Shown here: in pieces, positions 20,889 to 29,319 of the stretch
Numbering within the stretch: position 1 is the stretch's first letter
Layout of the letters: each line of letters starts with the position of its first letter
Source of the DNA: Bacteroidota bacterium
GTDB taxonomy: Bacteria > Bacteroidota > Ignavibacteria > UBA10030 > UBA6906
Assembly: GCA_031402435.1 (NCBI GenBank)
Contig: JANNSJ010000038.1
Coordinates: forward strand, 15,597 to 79,596
Direction: 5' to 3'
Length of the DNA stretch: 64,000 bases
Notes under the pieces: generated by a model
What the model saw: only the letters and a program-made list of their open reading frames with translations
Told to the model about the DNA's origin: nothing
The model's database searches: none
Made by a program: the position numbers and the translations under genes

Positions 20889-21494
20889 ATGAAAACAAAC
20901 GTACTGTTCATTCTCGGAATCTGCTTGTTGTTCGGAACTCCCGGCGACGCTGAAGACAAAACGAAGAAGGCCATGCTATCTCAAGAGGAAATGATGAAGC
21001 GATGGCAGGAGGCAATGACACCCGGCGACGCGCACAAACTGTTGGATCAATTCGTCGGGTCGTGGGAAACGGAAGGCAGCACATGGATGGAAGGCCCGGA
21101 CAAGCCTCCGTCTGTGAGCAAGGGAACAGCGGAAGTGAAGTGGGCGCTCGGCGGTCGATTCCTTCAGCAGGACGTGATAGGCGAGATGATGGGTATGCCG
21201 ATGAACGGCATCGGGTTTTCCGGATACGATAACTTCAAGAAGAAATACAACAGTTTCTGGATCGATAATACCGCAACGGCAATGTACACGAGCGAAGGAA
21301 CGATCAGCAAGGATGGAACAGTCATCACCTACTTTGGTAAAATGGATGAGCCCATGACCGGAGAAAAGGATAAGAAGGTGAAGTTCGTTGACACCATTAT
21401 CAATCACGACAAGCACGTCTTTGAAATCCACGATCTTTCCATGCCCGGCCCCAACAAGAAAGTTGTGGAGATCATCTACACGAGAAAGAAATAA
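20889..21494 (+). CDS. DUF1579 family secreted protein
   Basis: Signal peptide, 'PGDAHKLL..FVGSW', 'GGRFL' and 'GYDN.KKKY.SFWIDN'. Confidence 0.82.
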   Translation: MKTNVLFILGICLLFGTPGDAEDKTKKAMLSQEEMMKRWQEAMTPGDAHKLLDQFVGSWETEGSTWMEGPDKPPSVSKGTAEVKWALGGRFLQQDVIGEMMGMPMNGIGFSGYDNFKKKYNSFWIDNTATAMYTSEGTISKDGTVITYFGKMDEPMTGEKDKKVKFVDTIINHDKHVFEIHDLSMPGPNKKVVEIIYTRKK

Positions 21495-21580
21495 GAGTGT
21501 GAGGCTGCTGTTGTCCTGGCTTGAACATTGGCTCTATTGATGGGAACCAGCCGTCCCGACCTTCTTTGAGAAACATTTTA

Positions 21581-21613
21581 CAGCCCCGCCCGAAAAGCGG
21601 GGCTGCGCGTTTC
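21581..21613 (+). terminator. Probable intrinsic terminator
   Basis: CAGCCCCGC/GCGGGGCTG stem after the operon. Confidence 0.6.
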
Positions 21614-21669
21614 TGTTCATGATTCTTGTGGCGAGAAGTCCTGACGATGTGATAAGTCGGTGTCTGGGC

Positions 21670-21686
21670 GTGTCAGACAATGACAC
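21670..21686. promoter_or_regulatory. Palindromic candidate operator
   Basis: GTGTCA-N5-TGACAC perfect inverted repeat about 70 bp upstream of the ORF at 21755. Confidence 0.4.
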
Positions 21687-21754
21687 ATCTGTTGAACTTT
21701 CTTCGTTACTAGTGGTGGATGTTTAACCATCACCATTCACCAAGGAGGTACACC

Positions 21755-22219
21755 ATGAAAGGCTCAGCAATTCGCCTGGGTTTTGTTCTCGTTGTTTTCG
21801 TTTCGGTCTCCGTTTCATTCGGCGCAAACAGAAATGATGAAGTCTGGTTCAAAGGCGCCACGGTTGATGCCATTGAGAGAAGTCTTGCCATGGCATTGAG
21901 AACGCCAAGCCCCGGTATGCAGGCATCAGCGTCACAGGTTATTCGGGATTTACGGGTGTTGTTGCCGGAGCAGGAGTTTTCGTTGCTTGTTATCCCGCTC
22001 ATGTCTATTGTCAAGGATGAAGATGTTGATGTCCCTGTGCGAATGGTTGCAGCACTTGCACTTCACGATTTGAATTCGGGGAAAGGGGATTTCGCTATTC
22101 AGCAAACGTCACGGTTCGCGAAGAGTGAGCGGCTGAAACACCTCTGCGCCTCGCTGACATACGAACGCGTGAAGAAGAATTCATCGGAGCTTCAGACTAC
22201 CACGGTGAAAAGCAACTGA
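21755..22219 (+). CDS. Secreted helical (HEAT-like) hypothetical protein
   Basis: AAGGAGG SD, signal peptide and 'VRMVAALAL' HEAT-like motif. Confidence 0.7.
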   Translation: MKGSAIRLGFVLVVFVSVSVSFGANRNDEVWFKGATVDAIERSLAMALRTPSPGMQASASQVIRDLRVLLPEQEFSLLVIPLMSIVKDEDVDVPVRMVAALALHDLNSGKGDFAIQQTSRFAKSERLKHLCASLTYERVKKNSSELQTTTVKSN

Positions 22220-22234
22220 GTACAGAGGAGGTGG

Positions 22235-22270
22235 CACAAACGCCCGGCATAGTCCGGGCATTTGTGTTTT
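22235..22270. terminator. Bidirectional terminator
   Basis: CACAAACGCCCGG/CCGGGCATTTGTG stem plus T-run between convergent genes. Confidence 0.7.
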
Positions 22271-23118
22271 TAGGATGTGGGAGAAAGGGCTGAGCCGTCC
22301 ATCATCATCAGCAATTCGGAAACCAGGTTTGCATTCACTTCCCGGCCAGATTGCCCATACGCGTTAACGAGGTTGCGCAATACGCGCGCGATAATAATCG
22401 AGGCGTCGCATTCAAGATTGAGAATGGCCTGCATCGTGATCGGCTCGGGCGTTTGTATGGATGCCAGATCTTTGTGATTGAGGAAGTGGCCGCCATTGAA
22501 ACAGTCAACGACGTGGGACCTCCCACCGCTCGTGCATCGCGCAAGAAAGTGTCCCGGCAAATTGATCCCTTCTACTTCAAAGCCGAGCCGGTGACCAACC
22601 AGAATGTACACGCACGCCAGACTAATGGGAATCCCCTTCTTCTCTTCAACAACATAAATCAGGCTGCTGTTCAGCGGGTTGTAGTACTCCTCTTGCGGCA
22701 CCCCTTTGAGAGCAAGGGTTTCAAAGAGAAACCGCGCCAACGTTCGAGCATCTTTTCGATGTTCACTTCCCTCAAAATCAAGGACAAGCTGATCGAGAAG
22801 ATCATTGAGTGAGATATGATAGCTACGGCCATGCATGAAGCCGGCGATAAAACCAAGCGCCATCTCAAGCTTCTGCTTGTCGTTGTCAATCTCAAACCAT
22901 TCCGGCCACACCCGCCTGAGCCACGTCCGCCGGTGTTCCTCAAGAAGGTCGTGCAGCACCTCGCGCTCATATCGTGTCGGTACGATACGCAACCGGGCCA
23001 GCTCCAATTCCAGGTCAGGACCGAACAAGCGAAGCTCGCTCATCACCGAGTCTCGCACTGGCGGGGCATCATCATCCAACAGCTTGATAAGAAATGGAAG
23101 TTGCTTTGTGTCGGGCAT
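22270..23118 (-). CDS. SirB1/transglutaminase-like domain protein
   Basis: 'YYNPLNS...V.E.KKGIPISL', 'GINLPGHFL' and 'DCFNGG'. Confidence 0.85.
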   Translation of the reverse strand: MPDTKQLPFLIKLLDDDAPPVRDSVMSELRLFGPDLELELARLRIVPTRYEREVLHDLLEEHRRTWLRRVWPEWFEIDNDKQKLEMALGFIAGFMHGRSYHISLNDLLDQLVLDFEGSEHRKDARTLARFLFETLALKGVPQEEYYNPLNSSLIYVVEEKKGIPISLACVYILVGHRLGFEVEGINLPGHFLARCTSGGRSHVVDCFNGGHFLNHKDLASIQTPEPITMQAILNLECDASIIIARVLRNLVNAYGQSGREVNANLVSELLMMMDGSALSPTS

Positions 23119-23120
23119 GC

Positions 23121-24965
23121 TCAGTTTGGCCCTCCGGAAAGAAGGAATACTCCGGCACCGTTTCCTTCAATCTGAATCGACATTGTTGGAATCAGGTCCA
23201 TCCTTCGCCCACTCATGAGATCAAGCAGCTCGCCTGGCCCCTCAAGTTGGTGTTTGAACGGCATCAGGTCGATGGTCTGTTCCGTTCTGTTATTGTTGAT
23301 GACAACCATGATACGCTCGCTACCAAGTGTCCTGAAATAGGTATACACTTCGCGAACCGGCCTGAAATGAACCAGCGCCCCGCGTGACAGCGCCGGATGT
23401 TCCTTGCGAAGCATTAGGAGTTGCCTTGTGAAGTCGAAGATCTCATTTTCCTGCTCCGTCCTTCCCTCTTTGGTGAATGCGTTACGGGCATCTCCCGGCC
23501 ATCCACCGGGAAAGTCAGCGCGCAGAGTGCCATGGTCCTTTCCTCCCATCATTCCAATCTCCGTGCCGTACAGTATCTGAGGAATGCCGCGTGTCGTGAG
23601 CAACAATGTGAGTGCGAGTTTCAGACGCTTCACGTCGCCGTTGAGTTTGTACGCGATGCGCGCAATGTCATGGTTGTCAAGAAACGTCACAAGATTATCG
23701 GGATTGGCGAACAGGAAATCCTTCGTCAGGCAATCGAACACTGTCGAGATGCTTTGGGAGTCTGCAAACACACGGTGGAATGCATCATACAGACCGAAGT
23801 CGGTAATCGAAGGAAGATTGGACGGAACTCTCGTTCGAAAGTTGCTCCCCTTCTGATATGGCGCAAGGTACACCGGGTCCTGAACCCATACTTCTCCAAC
23901 AATATTGAATCGCGGATACTCCTTCAGGATTGCGCGACACCACTCTTCACGAAAATCAGGATCGATGTAGGGATATGTGTCCTCGCGAATGCCGTCAAGT
24001 CCGATTGATTCAATCCACCAGAGCGTACTCTGGATGAGATACTTCGCAACAAACGGATTCGATTGATTCAGGTCGGGCATGTAATCCGTAAACCAGCCAT
24101 AAGTTGCTTTGACCTTCATGAGAGAATCTGAATGAACATCCGACAGCTCAACTTTCGAGTGAAATGCTCTGGAATGATTCTCAACGGTCCCATTCAGCCA
24201 ATCCGGCGTTGGCAAATTCTTGATCCACGGATGGTTAATGCTGATGTGATTGTTTACGTGGTCCATGATGATCTTCAGGCCGCGTTTGTGTGCTTCGCCC
24301 ACAAGCTTCCAGTAAAGTTCATTCGTGCCAAAGCGGGGATCAATGCGATACAAATCCGTGGCCGCGTACCCATGATAGCTTGCATTGGGTGCGTTATCTT
24401 CCACCATCGGGTTCATCCAGAGTGCAGTCACACCCAGATCGTTCAAGTAATCCAGGTTGTTGATGATGCCCAGGATATCACCTCCATGCCTGCCGTATGG
24501 GGCAGCACGGTTCAGCGTGTCTGTCATTTCGGAAACGGAATCATTTGTTGTGTCGCCATTCGCGAAGCGATCAGGCGTAATCAGATACATAGCATCGCGA
24601 GCTTCAAACCCCTGATAGCGGCCGGTTGGATTTTCACGGCGTAAAAGTTGGTAGGTTATTCTCGTGGTGCCGGATTTGTTGCGCAACGCGATCGAATACG
24701 TTCCTGGCTTTGCATTCGGAGCGATCGTGACATCGAGGAACGCGTATGATGCATTCCCGATCTGGTGTGCTTTTGTTACCGCAAACGCTTTGGATGCGCC
24801 TGTTGCAGACACACCCGAAAGGTGTTCGCCATGGATCATGAGCTGTATCGTCCGTAATTTCATTCCCACCCACCAGTTGGGCGGATCGATGCGGGTGACC
24901 GTTGGAGATTGAGCGAATGAGAGTTGAACCGAAAGGAGAACGAGGAGAATCCGGGAAAGGCGCAT
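23121..24965 (-). CDS. GH13 alpha-amylase/cyclomaltodextrinase (SusA-like), secreted
   Basis: 'RIDPPNWW', 'PDRFANGD', 'DGIREDT', 'GEVW' and 'FLDNHD'. Confidence 0.92.
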   Translation of the reverse strand: MRLSRILLVLLSVQLSFAQSPTVTRIDPPNWWVGMKLRTIQLMIHGEHLSGVSATGASKAFAVTKAHQIGNASYAFLDVTIAPNAKPGTYSIALRNKSGTTRITYQLLRRENPTGRYQGFEARDAMYLITPDRFANGDTTNDSVSEMTDTLNRAAPYGRHGGDILGIINNLDYLNDLGVTALWMNPMVEDNAPNASYHGYAATDLYRIDPRFGTNELYWKLVGEAHKRGLKIIMDHVNNHISINHPWIKNLPTPDWLNGTVENHSRAFHSKVELSDVHSDSLMKVKATYGWFTDYMPDLNQSNPFVAKYLIQSTLWWIESIGLDGIREDTYPYIDPDFREEWCRAILKEYPRFNIVGEVWVQDPVYLAPYQKGSNFRTRVPSNLPSITDFGLYDAFHRVFADSQSISTVFDCLTKDFLFANPDNLVTFLDNHDIARIAYKLNGDVKRLKLALTLLLTTRGIPQILYGTEIGMMGGKDHGTLRADFPGGWPGDARNAFTKEGRTEQENEIFDFTRQLLMLRKEHPALSRGALVHFRPVREVYTYFRTLGSERIMVVINNNRTEQTIDLMPFKHQLEGPGELLDLMSGRRMDLIPTMSIQIEGNGAGVFLLSGGPN

Positions 24966-24971
24966 GCTGAC

Positions 24972-25784
24972 CTATCGTTTGATTCGATGGTGATGGCTTC
25001 GCGACATCGCGACAGAGAAAGCTGGCTGGAGCAGGTTCTGCGGACTATTTTGCTGATAGCGTACCTTTTCAAGAAACAACCCTGATGGCGGCGCAGTCAA
25101 TCGGGATGGTTCATCGGATTGTTGTTGGATGAACTGTTTCACCTGTTCTACGGTCAGCGCTCCGCGCCCGACTTCTGCAAGAACGCCTACAATGCGCCGG
25201 ACAAGCCTCCAGAGAAAATGAGATCCGCTCACGCGGATGAGAATCAAATCCCCCTCTTCCTTCATTTCAATGGCGTCAATCAGCACCTTCGTTGATTTTT
25301 CCTCCGGGTCATCTTCTGTAAACGATTGCAGGTTTTTCATGCCGACAAAGTGTTGGGATGCTGCAATCATTGCGGCGAAGTCCAGCGGCTCTTTTATCCA
25401 CCACACATATCGTTTACCAAATGCAGTCCTGCGCCGGCAGATTTGATACAGGTAGCTTCGTGCAACTGCGCTGTGGCGTGCGTGAAAATCCGCAGGGGCC
25501 TTTTCCACTTCGAGCAGATTGATATCAGCGGGAAGCACGTCGTTCACTTTCATCCTGATGATTTCGGGGGCAAGCATTGTCTGGACTTCGAGATGAGCCA
25601 CCTGTTCCAGTGCATGCACGCCGGCATCAGTCCTGCCCGACCCGTACAGTTCAAACTCGTCCGTTTTGAAGACCTTCTTCATCGCGCCGATGATCTCACC
25701 CTGCACCGTGCCGGCGTTCTTTTGCACCTGCCAGCCGCTGTAGCGGGTGCCTTCGTATTCGATGAATAATTTGAAGCGTGCCAT
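24972..25784 (-). CDS. truA: tRNA pseudouridine(38-40) synthase
   Basis: 'EYEGT.YSGWQ.Q', 'GSGRTDAGVHA', 'FHAR', 'FLWRLVR' and 'TAPPSGL'. Confidence 0.93.
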   Translation of the reverse strand: MARFKLFIEYEGTRYSGWQVQKNAGTVQGEIIGAMKKVFKTDEFELYGSGRTDAGVHALEQVAHLEVQTMLAPEIIRMKVNDVLPADINLLEVEKAPADFHARHSAVARSYLYQICRRRTAFGKRYVWWIKEPLDFAAMIAASQHFVGMKNLQSFTEDDPEEKSTKVLIDAIEMKEEGDLILIRVSGSHFLWRLVRRIVGVLAEVGRGALTVEQVKQFIQQQSDEPSRLTAPPSGLFLEKVRYQQNSPQNLLQPAFSVAMSRSHHHRIKR

Positions 25785-25866
25785 TGCGTGAGAAAGTGAA
25801 CGGGGGACTGCTCAATGGTAGGTATTCTCACGACGATGTTCAAGCGTCCGTCTCGTCAATCTTTGC

Positions 25867-25895
25867 TTGACTTTGAGGTCGCACTCTCATACATT
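25867..25895 (+). promoter_or_regulatory. sigma70-like promoter of the DinB gene
   Basis: TTGACT-N17-TACATT. Confidence 0.55.
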
Positions 25896-25992
25896 TTCGT
25901 CGATAGTACACTGCGTTCCTTTACTCACTTGACCGATACAAGTCAATCCATTCCACTCATTCACACGTTCTATTAACTCAAGGAGATACGAC

Positions 25993-26586
25993 ATGGTTGG
26001 TTTCATGAAACATGCGACAATGGTGATACTGTTCGTTGCCCTTGGCGCGACGAACCTGCACGCAGGCGATGCAAAATCGGAAAAGGCGGCGCCAAAGTCC
26101 GGGTTCCGCGCAGAGATCCTATGGCAGTTGGATGACGTTCAAAAGAAAACCGAGGAGCTTGCCGCAACAGTTCCTGCCGAGAAGTACTCATGGCGTCCGG
26201 CTGATGGCGTCCGCTCCATCAGCGAAGTGTATATGCACGTCGTCGGAGCAAACTACTTCTTCATGACATTTCTCGGCGTGAAGCCGCCGATGAAGATGGA
26301 CCCGGGTATGGAGAAGACCGTAACAGACAAGGCGGAGATCACCAAGATGCTGAAGCCGTCGTTCGACCATGTTCGCACTGCCGTGCTCAACCTCTCGGAC
26401 AAAGATCTTGACAAGAAAGCCGACATGTTCGGCAATGCCACCACGTATCGGAACGTACTGGTTACCGAAATCGCTCATTTGCACGAACACCTTGGGCAAT
26501 CCATCGCGTATGCGCGCATGAATGATGTTGTTCCTCCTTGGACAGCTGCAGAACAGGCCGCAGCAGCAAAGAAAGACGGCAAGTAG
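25993..26586 (+). CDS. Secreted DinB family protein
   Basis: 'KYSWRP..GVRS.SE...H' and 'H.HEHLGQSIAYARMN..VPPW'; signal peptide. Confidence 0.88.
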   Translation: MVGFMKHATMVILFVALGATNLHAGDAKSEKAAPKSGFRAEILWQLDDVQKKTEELAATVPAEKYSWRPADGVRSISEVYMHVVGANYFFMTFLGVKPPMKMDPGMEKTVTDKAEITKMLKPSFDHVRTAVLNLSDKDLDKKADMFGNATTYRNVLVTEIAHLHEHLGQSIAYARMNDVVPPWTAAEQAAAAKKDGK

Positions 26587-26817
26587 CTGCTCTTACACCG
26601 AATTGCGAGGCACAGAGATATTCGGAGGCGATACTCCGATAAACTCTGTGCCTTGGTGTTGTTCTCTTCCCTGCTGTGTAGACCTCCCGTTGGTTGACTT
26701 TCCACTTATGGTTTCGTAAATTCAAACACCAACCTTCAAGAATGCTGTCTCCACTTGAGGAGGGAGCGGAACCTCCCCATCCTCTTTCAGATGTCTTTGA
26801 CATCAGGAGATGATACC

Positions 26818-27396
26818 GTGAAATCCCTTCTTACATTTCTTGTGGCCTGTCTCTCGACCCTCGCAGTTGCACAACCTGCGATCACACAACAAGAAAAGCA
26901 TAGTCCAACCACAAGTCGTAACCCATTTGTAGATTCAATTGTAGTCTGCGCTCCTCGCAGTTACGGATGGAACATGGTGAGCAACCCGGTTCTCCGCGCA
27001 CCCGGGACTGATTCAGTCTGGCAGGTGCTCTGCGATGCACGACGGTGGTGCTTTCCTTTTTGGCCACCTGGAGGCGGGTGGGCGCAGAGTTGCATCGCAC
27101 AGAATGGCCGCGGGTTTTGGGTCAAAGTGCTGCCTCCCGGTTCAACAGCATGTTGTATTGTGGGCGATGCAATTGCCCAGGATTCGATCCCCGTGACGAA
27201 CGGATGGAATCTGATCGGCACGATTTCATATCCTGTCGCAGCTTCATCAGTGTATTCGATACCATCGAACATCATAGTGTCCGGGTTCTTTGGATTCTCG
27301 TCAGGCTACGTTCGCGTGGACACCCTCCGTCCCGGTCTTGCGTATTGGGTAAAGTCTCAGCAGGCAGGACGACTCGTTCTTTCTTCGGGACTCTAG
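26818..27396 (+). CDS. Secreted Cys-rich protein with a 'GWN..S.P...GWNLIG...YWVK' domain, no CTD
   Basis: AGGAG SD before GTG 26818, signal peptide; paralogous to the C-terminal half of the next ORF. Confidence 0.75.
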   Translation: MKSLLTFLVACLSTLAVAQPAITQQEKHSPTTSRNPFVDSIVVCAPRSYGWNMVSNPVLRAPGTDSVWQVLCDARRWCFPFWPPGGGWAQSCIAQNGRGFWVKVLPPGSTACCIVGDAIAQDSIPVTNGWNLIGTISYPVAASSVYSIPSNIIVSGFFGFSSGYVRVDTLRPGLAYWVKSQQAGRLVLSSGL

Positions 27397-27429
27397 CCCG
27401 GGAACGTAGGCACAGATAAAGGAGATATC

Positions 27430-28428
27430 ATGAATCGATTGAGAATTCTACTTTCAGTTGTCACGGTCGTTTCTCTGACCTTGGTTACCAACGTATGTGC
27501 ACAACCACGGTTTGAAATCCCTCTTACCGTGAGCGACGGTGCAATCACGCAAACAGTGTACTTTGGCATTCTACCGCAAGCTGACCCCTGCATCAACTCA
27601 CAGGACAGCATCAATGGACACATAGAGTTATTCCTTCCTGGACCGCCGCCGCCGTCAGGTTCTGTCGAGGCTCGGTTTGTATGGCCGAGAAGCGGGTCGG
27701 GAAACGTTTGTTTCGACCAAGGATCGCAGTGTGACTATAGACCCTTCAGCGCATACACGCAACGCGATACGTTCAGAGTCAATATCTTTCCTGGGGTGAC
27801 CGCTCCCCCGGTTTCAATTTCATGGCCAGCCGGTTTGTCATCCTATTTCAGCGGGTTAACACTCAAGGATGTTGCCACTAATGGTGGTACCCACAACGTC
27901 AATATGTTGTCGAGCACTTCGGTGGTTGTCAACCTCAATCCGGCTGACATAAAGATTTACGCCTCTGGCCCCCACAACCCGCATGATACCATGGCAGTGA
28001 ACGTTCAGATTACAATGGGATGGAACCTGGTGTCCAACCCGGTCATCACTGCCAATGATTCCATTCCTTTTCTGTTTCCCGCATGCATTGGCTGTCCATT
28101 GTCGCCTCCTTTTCCCCCATATTTTAATTGCAGGCTCCCGCACGGAAAAGGTGCATGGATAAAATGCCCAGCGGGAGGCGTGGTCACCATTACGGGAATG
28201 TCAATCACGGCTGATACAATTGCAGTATCGAGAGGATGGAATCTGATTGGATCTATCTCGTATCCGGTCGCAACCTCATCGATCACCTCGATTCCGCCCG
28301 GCATCATAGTGTCCGGTTTCTTCGGATACGTAATGGGCTACATGGCGGCATACACGATTCAGCCTGGCCGCGGGTATTGGGTGAAAGCAAATCAGGCAGG
28401 GCGGATCGTAATTTCATCGGACTTTTGA
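27430..28428 (+). CDS. Secreted two-domain protein (FG...E..LP.PPP domain plus GWN/YWVK domain), no CTD
   Basis: AAGGAG SD, signal peptide; 27202-27370 resembles 28234-28400 at DNA level. Confidence 0.78.
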   Translation: MNRLRILLSVVTVVSLTLVTNVCAQPRFEIPLTVSDGAITQTVYFGILPQADPCINSQDSINGHIELFLPGPPPPSGSVEARFVWPRSGSGNVCFDQGSQCDYRPFSAYTQRDTFRVNIFPGVTAPPVSISWPAGLSSYFSGLTLKDVATNGGTHNVNMLSSTSVVVNLNPADIKIYASGPHNPHDTMAVNVQITMGWNLVSNPVITANDSIPFLFPACIGCPLSPPFPPYFNCRLPHGKGAWIKCPAGGVVTITGMSITADTIAVSRGWNLIGSISYPVATSSITSIPPGIIVSGFFGYVMGYMAAYTIQPGRGYWVKANQAGRIVISSDF

Positions 28429-28462
28429 TATGAACTTGTTGCAAAAAGGAATAGCGGACACC

Positions 28463-29311
28463 ATGAAACACATCATCCGTTCGGTAATACTGTTAGCATT
28501 CGTTTCGCTCGCAGCGAGTATTCGAACGGCTGCCCAACCTTGTGCACTCCCGGTAACGAAAACATGGATTGCCATCTCTAATGCAACCGGATATAAGGAT
28601 ACCCTTTGGTTTGGGTTTGATTCGACAGCTATGTGCGGTGAGGATCCGGGTTTGTGCGAGATTTCCCTGGCAGAACCATGTGGCGCGCCATCGACCATTT
28701 TATGTGTTTGGTGGAGCAGCCCTTGCTGGCCAGGCAGCTCCGGAGACCCTTTGTGGCGCTATGATTTCAGAAGATACGTGAGCAGGACCGACGTTGACAC
28801 ACATAGAATCGGATTTCAACCTGGCGAGGCAGGATATCCGTTAACTTTTCGTTGGGATAGACAAGTTATTGGCTCACTGAGTGACAGTACTGTTCTTACC
28901 TATTTCAGCGGCGGGACCTATCGCCAACGAATGGACTTGAGCGATTCCCTTGTCATCACAGATGAGCCCATTTTTCAACTACGACTTTTCCGGTATGGAC
29001 AACAATTAACCACAACATACGTTGACGGAGTAAACAAGAGGCTGCCGAGCAACTTCGTACTCTCTCAGAACTACCCCAACCCGTTCAATCCGAGCACGAG
29101 AATAAGCTATCAACTGACAGCAAATAGCTTTGTCAGTCTCAAAGTACTCAACCTGCTTGGACAGGAAGTCGCAACGTTGGTAACAGCTGAACAAGAACCG
29201 GGCGAGCATTCGGGGGAATGGAACGCTGATGGGCTTCCGAGCGGTGTGTACATCTATCGACTGACAACAGCAGGTGCAACAACTGCGAAGAAGATGCTTC
29301 TTCTCAGATAA
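28463..29311 (+). CDS. Small Cys-rich T9SS-secreted protein
   Basis: Signal peptide, 'LWFGFD...E..L' domain and CTD QNYPNPFNPST...KKMLLLR. Confidence 0.82.
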   Translation: MKHIIRSVILLAFVSLAASIRTAAQPCALPVTKTWIAISNATGYKDTLWFGFDSTAMCGEDPGLCEISLAEPCGAPSTILCVWWSSPCWPGSSGDPLWRYDFRRYVSRTDVDTHRIGFQPGEAGYPLTFRWDRQVIGSLSDSTVLTYFSGGTYRQRMDLSDSLVITDEPIFQLRLFRYGQQLTTTYVDGVNKRLPSNFVLSQNYPNPFNPSTRISYQLTANSFVSLKVLNLLGQEVATLVTAEQEPGEHSGEWNADGLPSGVYIYRLTTAGATTAKKMLLLR

Positions 29312-29319
29312 CCATAACC

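Noticed and set aside
21495-21580. Possible small RNA or riboswitch after the DUF1579 gene
   Set aside because: Only weak pairing and no recognisable aptamer consensus
26818-29311. Diversity-generating retroelement target repeats
   Set aside because: Differences between copies are not adenine-specific, and there is no reverse transcriptase or template repeat
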